A DNA stretch of 64,000 nt from an uncultured delta proteobacterium (GTDB taxonomy: Bacteria > Desulfobacterota > Binatia > Binatales > Binataceae), in NCBI GenBank assembly GCA_963794325.1, contig CAWCDG010000002.1, forward strand, positions 1-64,000. Reading direction: 5' to 3'. Position 1 is the stretch's first letter. Every line of letters begins with the position of its first letter. The notes under the pieces were generated by a model that saw only the letters and a program-made list of their open reading frames with translations, was not told the origin of the DNA and searched no databases. This document shows, in pieces, positions 63,272 to 64,000 of the stretch. Made by a program: the position numbers and the translations under genes.

Positions 63272-64000
63272 GCGCGCTCGAAGCGTCGGCGAAAATCGCG
63301 CACCCGCATTCGCGGCAAGCGGTGCTGGTCGAACCCGGGCGGATAGAATTGCGCGATTACGTCGCGCCGCATCCAGGGCCGGGCGGATTGCTGATTCAAA
63401 TTCGATGCGCGCTCAGTTGCGGTACCGACCTCAAAACATTTCGGCGCGGACATCCGTTGTGGGAACTTCCGATGCCGTTCGGACATGAGTTTTCCGGCGT
63501 CGTGGTGGAAGCGGGCGAGGGCGTGACCGCGTTCAAGCCCGGCGACGAAATCATGGCGGCACCCACTGCACCATGCGGAATCTGCTTCTACTGCCAGCGC
63601 GGGCAGGAAAATCTTTGCGACGACGCGGTCGGGCGAATGGTGCACGGCGCATACGCGGACATGCTGGTGCTGCCGGCGCATGTCGTAGCGCGCAACACAT
63701 TTATCAAACCTGCGGACCTGCCGTTCGAGGAGGCCGCGCTGCTCGAACCGCTCTCGTGCGTCGTGCATGCGATTGAAATGGCGCGTCCCGACAAGAGTGA
63801 GACGGTGGTCATTCTCGGCGGCGGAGCCTTCGGCTTGATCCACATGCTCGCGCTAAAAGCTGCCGGCGTGCGCGAGGTGGCGGTCGTCGGGCGCGGCGCA
63901 GACCGGCTGAAGTGGGCGGAGAATCTCGGCGCGGACCGCGTTATCGATGCGCGCAGCGAGGACGCCGTCGCGGAAATCGCGCGGCTCAACGGCGGCTTCG
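63268..64000 (+). CDS. Zinc-dependent (MDR) dehydrogenase, truncated by the window end
   Basis: GTG overlaps the ispA TGA; CGTD, GHEFSG, CGICFYC..C, EPLSC, GGGAFG. Confidence 0.9.

Overview
GC-rich Gram-negative bacterial chromosome segment. A Binatota/deltaproteobacteria-like origin is my impression from gene content and is not verified. Core landmarks: tRNA-Asp-rplM-rpsI, argC, tig-clpP-clpX-lon-HU-tRNA-Val, and the start of a hopanoid/isoprenoid operon (TetR-hpnH-frameshifted ispA). Metabolic blocks include a MaoC/acyl-CoA dehydrogenase/MaoC/CoA-lyase operon resembling the lower ethylmalonyl-CoA (methylsuccinate) route and an lvaC-lvaA-lvaB-like trio. About 31.1-49.8 kb is accessory DNA downstream of tRNA-Val. 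It has a degenerate copy of the tRNA 3' half at 40849-40891, two PIN toxin-antitoxin pairs and no visible integrase. Its most striking cargo is an operon behind a correctly spaced sigma-54 promoter: amt and a P-II gene interleaved with four small hydrophobic ORFs (30-59 aa, mostly absent from the ORF track), a TPR protein, a DUF1646-like transporter and a GAFTGA-less enhancer-binding-protein homologue. The window also contains four direct duplications of gene ends or junctions flanking inserted DNA (tRNA-Val, vapC, the 2Fe-2S/molybdoenzyme junction, tig) and two families of REP-like palindromes. All alignments and identity counts were done by eye, and family calls rest on motif recognition rather than database searches.
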